From positions 1 to 45,563 of the forward strand of contig JAYSYX010000048.1 in NCBI GenBank assembly GCA_043727235.1: a DNA stretch of 45,563 nucleotides, given 5' to 3'. The position numbers were made by a program, and so were the translations under genes. The stretch comes from Bacteroidota bacterium (lineage in GTDB: Bacteria > Bacteroidota > Bacteroidia > Chitinophagales > BACL12). The notes beneath the pieces were generated by a model, which saw nothing but the letters and a program-made list of their open reading frames with translations, searched no databases and was not told the DNA's origin. Within the stretch, counting starts at the first letter, position 1, and each line of letters begins with the position of its first letter. Of this stretch, positions 7,485 through 17,700 are shown piece by piece.

Positions 7485-9785
7485 ATGAAAAGAAAATTAA
7501 CTCTTTGTTTGTGGATATTAATATTGAATGCTCCTCAACGCTCGTATGCGCAGACTAATTCTATTGGACTAAAGGGTGAACGAATTATTAATTTTGAATC
7601 ATTTTCACCATTGGAACAAACAAACATTTCGGAAGAATTAATGATTTTATCACCGGAATTTGTTTATTCGCATCCTGAATTCGGAAAAAACCCATATGAT
7701 ACTCCATGTGAAGACTGTATTGAGCTACTTGACAGAAGAACAGAAAACACGCGTTATTATGTAAAAAAAGGAAGTTTAGGAAGCTATTTTTATAAACAGA
7801 CCTCCAATAAAGATTTGCATTTCAAAAATGAAAAAAACGAATTTATTTCCATTGACCCTAGATTAAAACCAACTGATATTCCCGGAATATATTCCGCAAC
7901 ACAACAAAATTTTTCTACTTCCTTAAATCTTTTGGAAGGTTATTCTCAATTGGAAATTGGTGGTTCAAAATCAATAAAATTCAATAAATCACTTTCTATA
8001 TTTTCAGTAAATACTACAGATGGAATTTCCGCATCTGTTCCAATAAACGCGGAATATTCAAATTATACAGTTGGAAATGATGGATGTAAGATAAATAATA
8101 CATGGAATGGTATCAATACAGAGATCAAATATGAAGAATCAAGTATAAAAACTAATTTTATTTTGAATGATCTCAGCGCAATTAATGTTAATGATAAATT
8201 TACAATTTTTGAAGATATTCTGGATTTACCAGAGTACATGCATATCATTTATGATCAATATGAAGGTTCATTTAATGCAAATGGAATTTGGGAGGGAGAT
8301 CTTCTTCTTGTAGACCAATATGAAATTGAATATGTACGATTTTTGAGACCTGTGATTTATGATTCTGATTCATCAGAAAAACGGGACAGTGTCTTATTCA
8401 ACTCAGGATATAAGATAATAACAGACGGTGAATATTGTAAAATTCAACTTTTTGTAAGTAATGACTATTTAAAAGATGAGAATAGAGTTTTTCCGATTAC
8501 AATCGATCCATTAGTATTTATCACTACTTTGTGGCTCGGGACAATCGGTTCAAACTATTTAACAACTTGTGATTATGTTGTGAACGTAGCAACCCCAACC
8601 AATGCAACACTAACAAACGCCACAATATATTGGGAAGTATATGGTTCTGTGTTAGGGACCTGTGGTGTTACTGCAGCTCAAAGATGTTATATAGATAAAT
8701 CTTATACACGTTTTACAACTTCATGCGGAACAAGCCCCACAGATCCTACGTTATATTGGGTATGCGCCGGTGCTTGCGGCTTTTATTCACCACCTGTATG
8801 GGGAGCCACCACACCATCACAACCAGGTTTAGTTACTTGTCTCCCTCCTCAATGTGCATCTTATAATATTCCATTTACTGTTGGCTTATTGAGAAATGCA
8901 TGTTCATCAACTCCTTGTGCTACCTCATGTATTCGTATTCAAAGAATTGATGTAACTATAGAAGGTCACACCATAGAACCACTTGCGGTAATTGGCGCAA
9001 TCGGGATGGATACCTATACCATAACAGATTGTATTAATCAAACTGCAACTTTTACGGCAAGCGTTTTATATGGAGTACCACCATATACTTACTCATGGTC
9101 ACCATCAGGCGGAACCGGTATGGTTGATACTGATGTTTATCCGCTTGGAGTTACTGTGGTAACATTAACCGTAACCGATGCATGCGGAAATATTATAACT
9201 GATAATGTTACGGTAACAAATCCCTGTTTATTGCCCATTACCTTAACTTCCTTCAACGGATATCATGCGGATGGAATGAATTATTTGCACTGGTCCACAT
9301 CTTCAGAACAGAACAGCGAATTATTTATTGTAGAAAGGTCGTTTGACGGATTTTCATTTGAGGCGATTGGTTCATTACCTGCCGCAGGAAACAGCAATTA
9401 TGCGATAGATTATTCTTTTACCGACACAAAACCGGCAGCATCTATAAATTATTATCGGTTAAGAGAACAGGACCTTGACGGAACTGTTTCTTATTCAGGA
9501 ATTATCGCGATTCGATCAGAAGAATTAAATGTAAACTCCATTGTTTTAAATTCAAGCAATCCCGCAAACGGCGAATTAAATGTTTCTATAGTTTCTACTA
9601 CGGAAGGTATTGGAAGTTTCGAAATTATTGATATTTCGGGAAGGATCATTTACAATAAAAACATTTTCCTCAACAATGGAATTAATTCCATAATGTTATA
9701 TCCCGGCCAAATTACTGCAGGCACTTACATACTGAAATTTACAAAGAATGATCAGTTTGAGACGATAAAGTTTGAGATGTTTTAA
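7485..9785 (+). CDS. T9SS-secreted surface protein with Cys-rich central module
   Basis: Signal peptide MKRKLTLCLWILILNAPQRSYAQ from ATG 7485; the ORF is open from 7455. It has a SprB/PKD-like segment (PPYTYSWSPSGGTG..VTLTVTDACGN), an Ig/FN3-like pre-CTD domain (LTSFNGYHADGMNYLHWSTSSEQNSELFIVERSFDG) and a CTD-like end (..GTYILKFTKNDQFETIKFEMF). Confidence 0.85.
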   Translation: MKRKLTLCLWILILNAPQRSYAQTNSIGLKGERIINFESFSPLEQTNISEELMILSPEFVYSHPEFGKNPYDTPCEDCIELLDRRTENTRYYVKKGSLGSYFYKQTSNKDLHFKNEKNEFISIDPRLKPTDIPGIYSATQQNFSTSLNLLEGYSQLEIGGSKSIKFNKSLSIFSVNTTDGISASVPINAEYSNYTVGNDGCKINNTWNGINTEIKYEESSIKTNFILNDLSAINVNDKFTIFEDILDLPEYMHIIYDQYEGSFNANGIWEGDLLLVDQYEIEYVRFLRPVIYDSDSSEKRDSVLFNSGYKIITDGEYCKIQLFVSNDYLKDENRVFPITIDPLVFITTLWLGTIGSNYLTTCDYVVNVATPTNATLTNATIYWEVYGSVLGTCGVTAAQRCYIDKSYTRFTTSCGTSPTDPTLYWVCAGACGFYSPPVWGATTPSQPGLVTCLPPQCASYNIPFTVGLLRNACSSTPCATSCIRIQRIDVTIEGHTIEPLAVIGAIGMDTYTITDCINQTATFTASVLYGVPPYTYSWSPSGGTGMVDTDVYPLGVTVVTLTVTDACGNIITDNVTVTNPCLLPITLTSFNGYHADGMNYLHWSTSSEQNSELFIVERSFDGFSFEAIGSLPAAGNSNYAIDYSFTDTKPAASINYYRLREQDLDGTVSYSGIIAIRSEELNVNSIVLNSSNPANGELNVSIVSTTEGIGSFEIIDISGRIIYNKNIFLNNGINSIMLYPGQITAGTYILKFTKNDQFETIKFEMF

Positions 9786-9978
9786 TGAGGAGAGAGGAGT
9801 AAGGAGTTTAAATTTCTTGCGAAATTTTTGCCAACCCCACCCTTTGTTTTCCTATGTCTTATTTCCTAGGTCATAGGTCAAAAAAGGTGTAAGGAGTTTA
9901 AATTTTTTGCGAAATTTTACTAAATACACACGATTGGTTTCCTGTCCCCATATGCCCTGTCCATAGTCCCTAATTCTA
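9786..9978 (+). repeat. family-A composite repeat, dimer A3
   Basis: Two units lie directly after the stop at 9785. Unit 1: AGGAGnn x3 (9788-9808), hairpin AAATTTC-TTGC-GAAATTT (9810-9827), CCACCCTTTGTTTTCC box, tail CTATGTCTTATTTCCTAGGTCATAGGTC. Unit 2: GTAAGGAG, hairpin (9900-9917, one mismatch), a degenerate box, then a CCCTGTC-type tail. Confidence 0.8.
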
Positions 9979-10119
9979 TGACCATTTTTATTATATTTGT
10001 ATAAGATAATAGCGACTTGTTTGACCTTTAATTGATATTTATTTTATATACAATAACCATTTTTGGCTATTGTAGCTTGGATTCTGATTGTTTTACATTT
10101 GACAATTAAATTACCCTAT

Positions 10120-11217
10120 ATGCCAAAATCATCCGGAAAAACCACAAAAACAAGTAAAAGGGATATTAAAAAAAACCCTACTCCTGTTCAGAAAAAGAGC
10201 GTAACAAAGAGAGGAAACTCTGTTAAAAAATCACCGAAAGCTTCTGCAACTATTGGTCGTAATTATAATACACAAAACGCCAATAACGGGCAAATAAATA
10301 ATGCGACCATAAGGCCGATCGAAGAAAGTGCTATTCAAAAATTAATAAGTAAAAACAAATTTCCACTACAGGGTTCGATTATTAAAACTAAAAAGGAAAT
10401 TGATGGTTCCGGTATGGTTATCGGCATACTTGATACCGGAGTTTTCGAACACGACGACTTAAAGGGAAAGATCGTTAGCAAAATTAATTTTAATGGAAAT
10501 ACTGAATATGTGGAGGATAGGCAGGGTCATGGTACTCATATAGCCGGAATAATAGCCGGTAGCGAAAGTAAAAAAGTAAAACAAATAAAAGGAATTGCTC
10601 CGGGAGCTAAAATTGTTTCTGTAAAAATCACCCTTGGCGAAAATGACGAAACTGCTTTATGGCACATTGCTGATGGTCTGGAACGCATACGAGATCATAA
10701 TAAAAAGAAAAAACAAAAATATAAGGTTACTGCAATTGTAATATGTTTTAATGCATTTGATAATGTTGATCGGTATGTAGTAACGCAACATCATAGAATA
10801 GCCAGATTAATAAAAGAATTTTACGTTCAGAATATTCCCGTAATATGCAGCAGCGGAAATAACTACGACCAATTTCAAAATATAAACGGACTTGCATATC
10901 CTGCATATCTGCAACATGTTATTGCTTGTGCTGCAACCTATAATGATGCAACCGAAAAAAAATTAGGAGAGTATACGGAATTTAGCCAGCGGATAAATCC
11001 GGGAAATACTATATTCAATAATTATTTTCTCAATGCCCCGGGATATAATACTATTTCCACCGGAATTGAATCAAAAACTAGTTATACTTCAATTTCAGGT
11101 AGTAGTCAGGCAGCCGCTATTATTGCAGGTACCATCCTATTGATACAACAACAATTTTATCTGACCAAAAAGAAAATGCCTACTGTAAATGAAATTGTGG
11201 AACAGTTAAAAAAATAA
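10120..11217 (+). CDS. subtilisin-like serine peptidase (S8 family) without recognisable signal peptide or propeptide
   Basis: Catalytic motifs are in order: GILDTGV (Asp codon ~10432), GHGTHIAGI, SSGNNY (oxyanion Asn), SISGSSQAAAIIAG. From ATG 10120 the first ~80 aa are Lys-rich low complexity. The track ORF begins at TTG 10063, which would add a short hydrophobic segment. Confidence 0.85.
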   Translation: MPKSSGKTTKTSKRDIKKNPTPVQKKSVTKRGNSVKKSPKASATIGRNYNTQNANNGQINNATIRPIEESAIQKLISKNKFPLQGSIIKTKKEIDGSGMVIGILDTGVFEHDDLKGKIVSKINFNGNTEYVEDRQGHGTHIAGIIAGSESKKVKQIKGIAPGAKIVSVKITLGENDETALWHIADGLERIRDHNKKKKQKYKVTAIVICFNAFDNVDRYVVTQHHRIARLIKEFYVQNIPVICSSGNNYDQFQNINGLAYPAYLQHVIACAATYNDATEKKLGEYTEFSQRINPGNTIFNNYFLNAPGYNTISTGIESKTSYTSISGSSQAAAIIAGTILLIQQQFYLTKKKMPTVNEIVEQLKK

Positions 11218-11250
11218 ATACTCTTTCAAAACAAATTAAACATTTAACTT

Positions 11251-11886
11251 ATGATGCCATTAAAACCCTATGGTTGGATAAATGAATCCTCTAGTACCAA
11301 GAAAGTGGAATATTTTATTAACCTCGTTACGGCAACCACAGAATACAAGGTGAATAATGTTATTCCTTCAACACCTGATAGCAATACTATCCTTTTAACA
11401 TGTTTGGTTAGTCCGGGTTCGGGGCCGGATGTTTATTCAGGCAGTTACAACATACCTGGAAGTTCTTCGGCAAATAAAGTGATAATTGTAGTTATGCAGG
11501 ATACAACTTTAAAAGGAAAAGTTGTAATGCGACTTAATGTAAATCACTTTTTATCAAATCCGATAAAACCATTTTGCTGGATAAAATTGATTTCTGTTAG
11601 CAATACCGAAGTATATAGTTATATCGATCTTACAGCTCAGAATTTTTCGCTTTCAACAAGTCCAACCATTACAACCGATAGCGCCAATCATCGTATCACT
11701 TTAGAATACACATTGAACAGCATTTCCGGATCAGGTATTGAGGAAGAAAGGGTATTTAATCTTTCCGGATACGACCCTAGCACTTATGAATTTGTTGAGA
11801 TAAATGTTAAAACTCCATCAGGTTCAACTTCAAAAGGGAAAGGAACAACCAGCCAATCGGAATCTGATTCCTCTGGTGATGATTAA
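11251..11886 (+). CDS. hypothetical protein, two tandem copies of an unknown ~90-aa domain plus Ser/Asp-rich tail
   Basis: 211-aa ORF beginning 33 nt after the S8 gene. Internal duplication is visible by eye (KPYGWI.. vs KPFCWI..). No signal peptide or TM segment. Confidence 0.6.
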   Translation: MMPLKPYGWINESSSTKKVEYFINLVTATTEYKVNNVIPSTPDSNTILLTCLVSPGSGPDVYSGSYNIPGSSSANKVIIVVMQDTTLKGKVVMRLNVNHFLSNPIKPFCWIKLISVSNTEVYSYIDLTAQNFSLSTSPTITTDSANHRITLEYTLNSISGSGIEEERVFNLSGYDPSTYEFVEINVKTPSGSTSKGKGTTSQSESDSSGDD

Positions 11887-11913
11887 ATTTGGATCAAAAT
11901 AATACAGCAATCC

Positions 11914-13866
11914 TTGAACCAATTAAATGCCTCCATAAAAAATCCTATTATATATCTTTTGTTATTGTTTTGTCTTTTGTTTTATGCCTGTAATAAAAAG
12001 CAAGAAATACATAATCAACTCTCTAATTCTGAATATTTAAAGGATACTGCAGAAATAAATCAGCTGAATTCACTGAGTTTTAAGATCAGAACCTTGTATC
12101 CTGACTCTTCAAAATTACTTGCATTAAAAGCAATTGAACATTCTTCTAAAATAGATTATAAAAAAGGACTTGGAGAAGGATATACAAGACTTGGTATATT
12201 GGAAAAAAACATTGGAAACAACGATTCAGCAATTTATTATCACAGCAAAAGTCTTTATTACAGGCAATTGGATAAAGACAGTCTGGCAATTGGAAGAAGT
12301 TATAATAATATTGGAAATATATTCAATAAAATGAATAATTACGATTCAGCTATTTATTACCACCTGGAAGCGGTAAAGATCGCTGAATTATTTCAAGATA
12401 CCGCAGATCTAGCAGATTATACTAATAATCTCGGCATCGATTTTAATAAAAACGGTGATTATACAGAGGCGTATAAATACAATATAAAGTATCTTAAACT
12501 TGCTCAACATTTAAATGATACATTAAAAACATTGAAAGCACATGTAAATTTAAGTTCAACCTTAATCGATAGTGTTGGATTAAATTCCAATTATGATCAT
12601 TTGTTGGATACCGCTTTGGTGCATTTAAATGTAGTATTTAAAAATAAGGAATGGCTTGCAGAGGATAATATTTTAGCAGATGCATATAGCAACGCAGGTT
12701 TAATTTATCAATCGCGTATAAATAAGGATCTCGACAGCGCCTTATATTGTTTTGAAAAGGCAATGAATATTTATAGAGCAGGAAATTCTGCGGAGTTATG
12801 CCAGGCATTAAGCAATATCGGATTATTAAATGTGGAATTAAAAAATTACAAAATCGCCTTAGGTTTTTTTGAGGAAAGCAATCTTTTAGCCATTGAAGCC
12901 GATAAAAAAGACATATTAAAAGTAAATGCAGAAAACCTGGCTTATATTCACAATAATTTAGGGAATTATAAAAAAGCATCTGAATATCTGAACGATTATA
13001 TTAGATATAATGCTTCCATCTACAACGAAGAGAAAACACGTGTCATAGCCGAGATGCATACAAAATATGAAACTGAAAAAAAAGATACCAAAAACCGATT
13101 TCTTGCAGAACAAAACGAGATGCAACAAATAATGCTCAACAAGCGTGAAGTTCAAATTGTAGTTATTGTTTTTCTTGCATGTTCTCTTTTTACAATTACT
13201 ATTCTACTATTTAACCGCCGGCAATTACAACGAAAACTGGATTATCAACAACAACTGGAAAAAGACAGAATGCGCATCAGCAAGGACCTTCATGATGATA
13301 TTGGAGGTGCACTTACAAGTATTTCAATGTATAGCGGTGTTATAAATGAACAAATTAATAATAATCAAACCGCAGAGGCACAAAATTATCTTTCGGAAAT
13401 AGCGGATACTTCACGAGAACTGATGGGAAAAATGAGTGATCTTGTTTGGGCCATAAACCCTGTTAACGACAGTTTTGAAAACCTGATACAAAGAGTGCGG
13501 AATTATGCTCTCAGGATTCTGCAAGCACAAAATATGACCTTGCATTTTAATACAGATCCTGCTGTTAATCACATCGAATTACACATGGATATAAGGCATC
13601 ACCTGTTTATGATATTAAAAGAATTAATTACCAATGCAGCAAAATATTCGAAAGCAAAAAACGTATTCATTACTTTGCAAAAATTTCAGGAAGAAATAAT
13701 AATCAGCTTAAAAGACGATGGTATCGGTTTTGATCCTAAAATTGAATTTGAGGGCAATGGACTTAGAAATATGGCGCAAAGAGCAGAACAGAGTAAGTTA
13801 CAATTAGATATTATTTCAGAAGTGAATGAAGGAACAAGCGTTAAAATCCGTTTTCCAATAGTTTAA
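11914..13866 (+). CDS. TPR-repeat sensor histidine kinase (HisKA_3/NarL-type)
   Basis: N-terminal hydrophobic segment with Cys (IIYLLLLFCLLFYAC), ~380 aa of TPR-like repeats (e.g. YNNIGNIFNKMNNYDSAIYYHLEAVKIAE) and a TM segment VQIVVIVFLACSLFTITILLF. The kinase part has H-box RMRISKDLHDDIGGALTSI, N-box LITNAAKYS, and DDGIGFD/GNGLRNM. The start codon is TTG. Confidence 0.85.
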   Translation: MNQLNASIKNPIIYLLLLFCLLFYACNKKQEIHNQLSNSEYLKDTAEINQLNSLSFKIRTLYPDSSKLLALKAIEHSSKIDYKKGLGEGYTRLGILEKNIGNNDSAIYYHSKSLYYRQLDKDSLAIGRSYNNIGNIFNKMNNYDSAIYYHLEAVKIAELFQDTADLADYTNNLGIDFNKNGDYTEAYKYNIKYLKLAQHLNDTLKTLKAHVNLSSTLIDSVGLNSNYDHLLDTALVHLNVVFKNKEWLAEDNILADAYSNAGLIYQSRINKDLDSALYCFEKAMNIYRAGNSAELCQALSNIGLLNVELKNYKIALGFFEESNLLAIEADKKDILKVNAENLAYIHNNLGNYKKASEYLNDYIRYNASIYNEEKTRVIAEMHTKYETEKKDTKNRFLAEQNEMQQIMLNKREVQIVVIVFLACSLFTITILLFNRRQLQRKLDYQQQLEKDRMRISKDLHDDIGGALTSISMYSGVINEQINNNQTAEAQNYLSEIADTSRELMGKMSDLVWAINPVNDSFENLIQRVRNYALRILQAQNMTLHFNTDPAVNHIELHMDIRHHLFMILKELITNAAKYSKAKNVFITLQKFQEEIIISLKDDGIGFDPKIEFEGNGLRNMAQRAEQSKLQLDIISEVNEGTSVKIRFPIV

Positions 13867-13929
13867 ATCACCATAAATGGTGATAGGAAAATTTCAAAAC
13901 ATAACAGAACTTTACATTAAATATTTTAT

Positions 13930-14574
13930 ATGGCAATTCGTGTAACAGTTTTCGACGATCATAAGAAGGTGAGGGATGCATTGTCCATAATCATTAAGGG
14001 AACTCCCGGTCTTGAGTGGGGTGGCGGCTTTCCCAACTGTAATAATGTACTCAAAGATGTTGAAAAAGCAGACCCCGATGTTATCCTGATGGATATTGAA
14101 ATGCCCGGAACAACAGGAATTAATGCCGTAAAAATGGTAAGTGAAAAATTTCCCGCAATAAAAGTGATAATGCAAACCATTTTTGATGAGGATGATAAAA
14201 TATTCTACTCCATTTGTTTTGGAGCATCGGGATATATATTGAAAAGCACTCCCCCGGCACAAATTATAGAGGCGATTAAAGATGTATACAACGGCGGTGC
14301 ACCAATGACACCCCAGATAGCAAGCAAAGTATTAAATCTTTTTCAGAAAAATCTTTCCGAAAAACAAATAGCAGATGTAGATTATAATTTAAGTAAACGC
14401 GAAAAAGAGGTGCTTGAATTATTAGTAAAAGGATTGAGCTATAAACTCATTGCCAACGAACTGAATATAAGTTACGATACTGTACACTCCCATATCCGTA
14501 AAATATACGAAAAGCTACACGTTGCTTCTATGACTGAAGCGGTTTCCAAAGCACTAAAGGAGAATCTGGTGTAA
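13930..14574 (+). CDS. response regulator, NarL/LuxR family (REC + HTH)
   Basis: Receiver motifs VFDDH...DVILMDIEMPG...IMQT, and a C-terminal LuxR HTH LSKREKEVLELLVKGLSYKLIANELNISYDTVHSHIRKIYEKLHV. Confidence 0.9.
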   Translation: MAIRVTVFDDHKKVRDALSIIIKGTPGLEWGGGFPNCNNVLKDVEKADPDVILMDIEMPGTTGINAVKMVSEKFPAIKVIMQTIFDEDDKIFYSICFGASGYILKSTPPAQIIEAIKDVYNGGAPMTPQIASKVLNLFQKNLSEKQIADVDYNLSKREKEVLELLVKGLSYKLIANELNISYDTVHSHIRKIYEKLHVASMTEAVSKALKENLV

Positions 14575-14771
14575 TACCAATTTAATCAGGTAGTACGACT
14601 CTTTCACTGCATCATACATTGCCCTGCATTTCTGCGCCCTGTGCTTTTTACTATTTCATTAAATCATCATATTTGGCTATTGCAGAGAGCAGTATCACTA
14701 AGATAGTTTTGGGTTTAATTAAATATGATCAATTCATTAGATTAAAATTTAACAAAAGCTAAACCTATTTT

Positions 14772-17700
14772 ATGAAAACTATTACAAACCCATTGTTCAT
14801 TACCATGAACACTTTAACAGCAAAAACAAAGAAAGTGATTAAATCATTTGAAAAAGTTGTTGCAATTACAAGCTGTTTATTTTTAGTAATTCCAAATGAA
14901 GTTACCGCACAAATTACCTTTGAGACAGCTTTATCCAACCCCTTTTCGATATCTGTGAATACTACACTAAACACTCCTCACTTCGCAGATCTGGATAATG
15001 ACGGAGATCAAGATTTAATTTCAGGAGAACAATTTGGCGGGTTTCTTTATTACCAAAATACGGGCACAACTTCATTACCAACCTTTACTGCCGGCGTGCT
15101 AAATCCATTTTCGCTTGCTTATATTGGAGCAGGCTCATCAATGAGCTGTTTTGATATTGATAATGATGGCGATATGGATTTGATGGCAGGAAGTAGTTAT
15201 GGCGACTTCCAATATTTCCAAAATATTGGTACGGCTTTTTCACCTTCCTTTGATGTAGTTCAGTTGAATCCTTTTTCTTTAACTGATAATGGTACTGGAT
15301 GTAATCCAAATTTTGTTGATTTAGATTCTGATGGTGATCAGGATTTAATTACATCAGATTATGGTGGCAATTTTCACTATTACCAAAATATAGGCACTAT
15401 TTCCTCTCCCTCCTATTCCGCTGTCCAAATTAATCCATTTTCACTGGCGGTGCTTGGAGGCTTTTTTTACATGGATGTCATCGATTTGGATCATGACGAT
15501 GACTTTGATTTATTAGTCGTTGCCAGCGGGGGTGACCTGCTTTATTATGAAAATATTGGTTCTTCTGAAACCGCACAATTCAACTCACCTCAATTAAATC
15601 CTTTTTCATTAACTGACATTGGTGTTCCATATGCGCCGACATTTGTTGATCTTGACAGTGACGGCGATCAGGATTTAATGTTAGGTGATTTTGATAGAAA
15701 TAATTATTATTTCGAAAATACAACATCAAGTGAATTCTATGATGATGATGCAGATGGATTTACTATATTAGAAGGTGATTGTGATGATAATAACGAACTC
15801 ATTAATCCATTAGCTTTAGAAAATTGTAATGGTATTGATGACAACTGCGATGGTTCAATAGATGATGGCCTGTTAGCATTTTGGGCACCGGATAATGATG
15901 GTGATGGATATGGCGATGTTATGAATGTTCTTGAATCTTGTTCACCACCCATGGGCTATATTACAAATAATGAAGATTGTGATGATACAAATGCTTCGAT
16001 AAATATTGGCGCACAGGAGATATGCGATGAAATTGATAACGATTGTGATGGGTTGATTGATGATGATGATCCATCCTGGTTTGCAAATCCACCTGCCGAT
16101 ATACAATGGCAACAAACTTATGGTAATGGTGGAAACGACTTTGCAAATGCTTTTATACATTCCCCTGACGGAGGTTATCTTCTAATTGGAGAAGTGTGGG
16201 GTTATTATGGAAGAGAGGCAAATTTCAGATCCTTAAATATGTCAGGAGTAACTGTGGAGGAAAACACCTTCGGCATGTATGGACAAATGTATCCACTTGC
16301 AGGTATCTATGATGAATCTATTGATAAATATATTATAGCGGGTAAAAAATCCGGTGATGCCTGGAATCCTGATCATTTCTGGTTTGCCGCTTTAAATGCG
16401 ACAACCCTTGAGCTGGATTATGAATACAATAACTTTGGCGGCACTGCGAATTATCACGAAGTGCGATCAATTATTAAACGCAGTACGGGCGGATATGTAG
16501 TAACCGGAACAACAGATTATACAGGTGCCCCAAGTTTTCATGAAGATTATTTTGCAGGTGTTCCCCATGATATATATTTTGCAAAGGTAGGAACGAATGG
16601 AGCCGTTATATGGGACAGGGCATTTGGCTCATCAGAAACCAATACCGGTAATGCGGTAATGGAAGCTTCTGATGGTGATTTTATTATTGCAGGTTCATCA
16701 AACGGAAACGGCAGCCATTTTGTGACAAGCGATGTAACAACGCATTTGGGAGGATCCGATTTCTGGGTATTTAAAATTGACAGCGCTACAGGAAATATTG
16801 AATGGCAATCTGTACTTGGTGGCAGTGGTTACGAAGAAATTTATAGTATGACCACAACTAATGATGGAAATTATATTGTTGCCGGAAAAACAAATTCAAC
16901 AAATGGGCAGGTTTTAGGTAATCATGGCGGATATGATTTCTGGATCGTTAAAATAAGCAGCGCAGATGGTTCACTCATCTGGCAGAAATGTCTTGGTGGA
17001 ACCGGTAATGAATACGCTTTTGATATTAAAAATACTGATGACGGCGGTTACATTGTTACCGGCCCAACAACCTCTACTGATGGGGATGTTTCAGGTAACC
17101 ATGGCTCTGAAGATATATGGGTGGTAAAATTGGATGAGGGAGGTAATTTATTATGGCAAAAATGTTTAGGCGGTTCCGCAGGTGACAGAAGAAATGAATT
17201 TGAATCACCACTTGAATCACCAATGATACTTGCTGATGATGATGATGGTTATACAGTGGCATCCTCTACATTATCCAATGATGGTGATGTTAGTGATAAT
17301 AACGGCGGGTACGATATGTGGCTTGCCAAGTTAAGCGCACCTGCAACTTCATCAATATGGTATCTCGATTCTGACAATGATGGATATGGTGATCCATTTT
17401 CAATTGGTTTTACATGTTCAGCACCAGCTAATTATGTATCAAATAACGACGACTGCAACGATACCGATATCAATGTTAATCCTCTTGGCACCGAAATATG
17501 CAACGAAATTGACGACAACTGCGACGGTTCAATTGATGAAGGCATAACAGTATTTTGGTCACCGGATAATGATGGTGATGGGTTCGGAGATGGCACAACC
17601 ATTCTTGCAACTTGTTCACCTCCAATTGGATATGTTTCTAATACCAATGATTGCGATGATACTAATGCTTCCATTTATATTGACGCCCCCGAATTATGCG

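Noticed and set aside
13912-14262. Minus-strand ORFs 13912-14262 and 13959-14180
   Set aside because: They are antisense to the response-regulator gene, whose REC and HTH motifs are unambiguous.
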